From a virus (Duplodnaviria; Caudoviricetes): DNA of 27,357 bases. The position numbers were made by a program, and so were the translations under genes. The stretch is from positions 1 to 27,357 of the IMG/VR virus record IMGVR_UViG_3300017653_000009; one strand, written 5' to 3'. The notes below the pieces were generated by a model. The model saw nothing but the letters and a program-made list of their open reading frames with translations, ran no database searches and had not been told where the DNA came from. Below are positions 26,494 through 27,357 of the stretch, in pieces. Position 1 is the first letter of the stretch. Every line of letters starts with the position of its first letter.

Positions 26494-26558
26494 CCGCGAC
26501 GCTCTCCTAACAAGGGGAGCGTTTCGGCCTGCCCCGCAGCAGGCCATCGTCAGGCGGG
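26494..26558 (-). ncRNA. Type I hammerhead ribozyme
   Basis: Minus strand reads CCGC-CUGACGA-U-GGCCUGC(ugcggg)GCAGGCC-GAAA-CGCUCCCCU(uguu)AGGAGAGCG-UC-GCGG. Full core and three stems; predicted cleavage between 26498 and 26497. Confidence 0.88.
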
Positions 26559-26645
26559 TTATAGTTTAGCGATGGTCACGATTAGGGCAACAACACTGAT
26601 AATCAGAGCAGTCAGGCTAAACCAATACGCAAGTTTCAGTTTCAT
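26559..26645 (-). CDS. Small hydrophobic peptide (28 aa, MKLKLAYWFSLTALIISVVALIVTIAKL), type I toxin-like
   Basis: AGGGTGAAGGA RBS before ATG; single TM helix flanked by Lys. Confidence 0.68.
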   Translation of the reverse strand: MKLKLAYWFSLTALIISVVALIVTIAKL

Positions 26646-26670
26646 ATCCTTCACCCTTTCGTGGTATAAT
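26641..26670 (+). promoter_or_regulatory. Antisense promoter (extended -10 TGGTATAAT)
   Basis: TTCATA-18-TATAAT with TG extension, pointing into the 3' end of the 26750-26863 peptide gene. Confidence 0.55.
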
Positions 26671-26749
26671 GTTGAGAAAGAAGAAGCGCACCCTTTGGAT
26701 TTATCGTGTGTGGGAGAGAAGCCACCTTGCGGTGACTTCCCCTTTGCGA

Positions 26750-26863
26750 TTACCACCCTCTGATAAGGGCGACGGCTGAGATGATCACGCTAGTGAGTGC
26801 AATCATTAGCATGATGTCGTCTCTCAGTTCGTCATCGCGTTTCTTCTTTCTCTTTTGTCTCAT
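26750..26863 (-). CDS. Small basic-then-hydrophobic peptide (37 aa, MRQKRKKKRDDELRDDIMLMIALTSVIISAVALIRGW), holin-like toxin candidate
   Basis: Perfect AAGGAGGTGA RBS, consensus promoter upstream. Not in the ORF track. Confidence 0.75.
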   Translation of the reverse strand: MRQKRKKKRDDELRDDIMLMIALTSVIISAVALIRGW

Positions 26864-26885
26864 TTTCTCACCTCCTTATATTCTT

Positions 26886-26927
26886 ATTATACAACGAAAA
26901 TAGTTGAATGTCAACGAAAATAGTTGA
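26886..26927 (-). promoter_or_regulatory. Consensus SigA promoter overlapped by two identical operators
   Basis: Minus strand TTGACA-17-TATAAT with TG (26914-26886). CAACGAAAATAGTTGA occurs at 26892-26907 and 26912-26927, each a CAAC-N7-GTTG palindrome. Confidence 0.88.
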
Positions 26928-26970
26928 TTGTTTTTGTATTTTGGTGTATATTTTTATTGAGGTGATATGC

Positions 26971-27183
26971 GTGCTTAAACTAAAACTGGATAAATTAATG
27001 TCCGAAAAGCAGTACAACACACGTCAGCTTAGTGAATTGACTGGAATCAGATGGAACACTATTGATGATATGGCTAAGAATAAAGCGAAACACTGGTCTG
27101 TGGAAAATCTCGAGAAGATTATGCAGGTACTTGAGATCAAGGACATTAATTTATTGATTGAAAATGAAGGCTCAGAGGAATAA
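26971..27183 (+). CDS. Xre/Cro-like HTH transcriptional regulator
   Basis: GAGGTGA RBS, GTG start; LKLDKLM..RQLSELTGIRWNTI..LEKIMQVL..LL pattern; divergent from the operator pair. Confidence 0.88.
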   Translation: MLKLKLDKLMSEKQYNTRQLSELTGIRWNTIDDMAKNKAKHWSVENLEKIMQVLEIKDINLLIENEGSEE

Positions 27184-27200
27184 TTTCTGGGCTTTCTTTA
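27167..27200 (+). terminator. Terminator-like hairpin after the Xre gene
   Basis: AAGGCTCAGAG/TTCTGGGCTTT pairing followed by T-rich sequence. Confidence 0.55.
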
Positions 27201-27203
27201 TAC

Positions 27204-27247
27204 TTGAATGAAGAACATACGTTTGGTTATAATAAGAACAAATGTTC
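27204..27247 (+). promoter_or_regulatory. SigA promoter with two LexA boxes
   Basis: TTGAAT-18-TATAAT; GAAC-ATAC-GTTT (27213-27224) and GAAC-AAAT-GTTC (27236-27247). Confidence 0.85.
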
Positions 27248-27265
27248 TTATGAGGCGGTGTTGTC

Positions 27266-27357
27266 ATGCAGGAGTACGTTGGCAAAGTCGTGCAGCTTAT
27301 CTATATCGACCGGAAGCGCGAGGTCAGCATAAGGGATGTGCGAGTCATATCGGTTAA
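27266..27357 (+). CDS. SOS-inducible small protein (YolD/WYL-like), truncated by the window edge
   Basis: GAGGCGGTG RBS; MQEYVGKVVQLIYIDRKREVSIRDVRVISV... Confidence 0.65.
   Translation, partial: MQEYVGKVVQLIYIDRKREVSIRDVRVISV

Larger units (their letters stand above)
1..27357 (+). mobile_element. Temperate siphovirus-type prophage (replication through lysis and accessory end); extends beyond both window edges
   Basis: Canonical gene order replication-late regulator-packaging-head-tail-lysis. The packaging region is uninterrupted, consistent with an integrated or circular form. No att site, primary integrase or CI repressor is visible in the window. Confidence 0.95.

Noticed and set aside
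26646-26756. N-terminal extension of the minus-strand ORF to 65 aa
   Set aside because: The upstream GTG lacks a clear RBS and the region is hairpin and promoter sequence; ATG 26645 has a good RBS.
26464-26763. 99-aa + strand ORF
   Set aside because: No convincing RBS; it is the antisense of the hammerhead and the peptide gene.

Overview
The window holds most of a temperate siphovirus-type prophage of a Bacillales host. The gene content resembles Paenibacillus/Brevibacillus phages, but the host is an inference. Nearly all genes are on the + strand. The order is: replication initiator with an internal iteron origin and a DnaC-like loader (1-1.7 kb); a variable early region whose genes are separated by copies of a short TGAATATTGAGGAACTT motif (3.0-4.9 kb); an ArpU/RinA-like late activator and structured intergenic RNA candidates; a compact tyrosine recombinase followed by two dif-like sites; HNH, candidate cos, terminase, portal, protease and HK97 capsid; neck and tail genes; an S8 protease; and two holins plus an amidase. 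The accessory right end carries an AT-rich two-gene moron, two near-identical LexA-box promoters and an Xre regulator. The most notable element is a minus-strand unit at 26.4-26.9 kb: operator-overlapped promoter, two small hydrophobic peptide ORFs, a well-formed type I hammerhead ribozyme right after the second stop codon, then a boxA-like motif, with an internal antisense promoter. Also visible are a likely -1 frameshift adding a HeH/Rho-N-like domain to the capsid protein, the tail-chaperone -1 frameshift, and in-frame internal starts in the capsid, endolysin and moron genes. All product calls come from reading motifs and synteny; no database searches were run.
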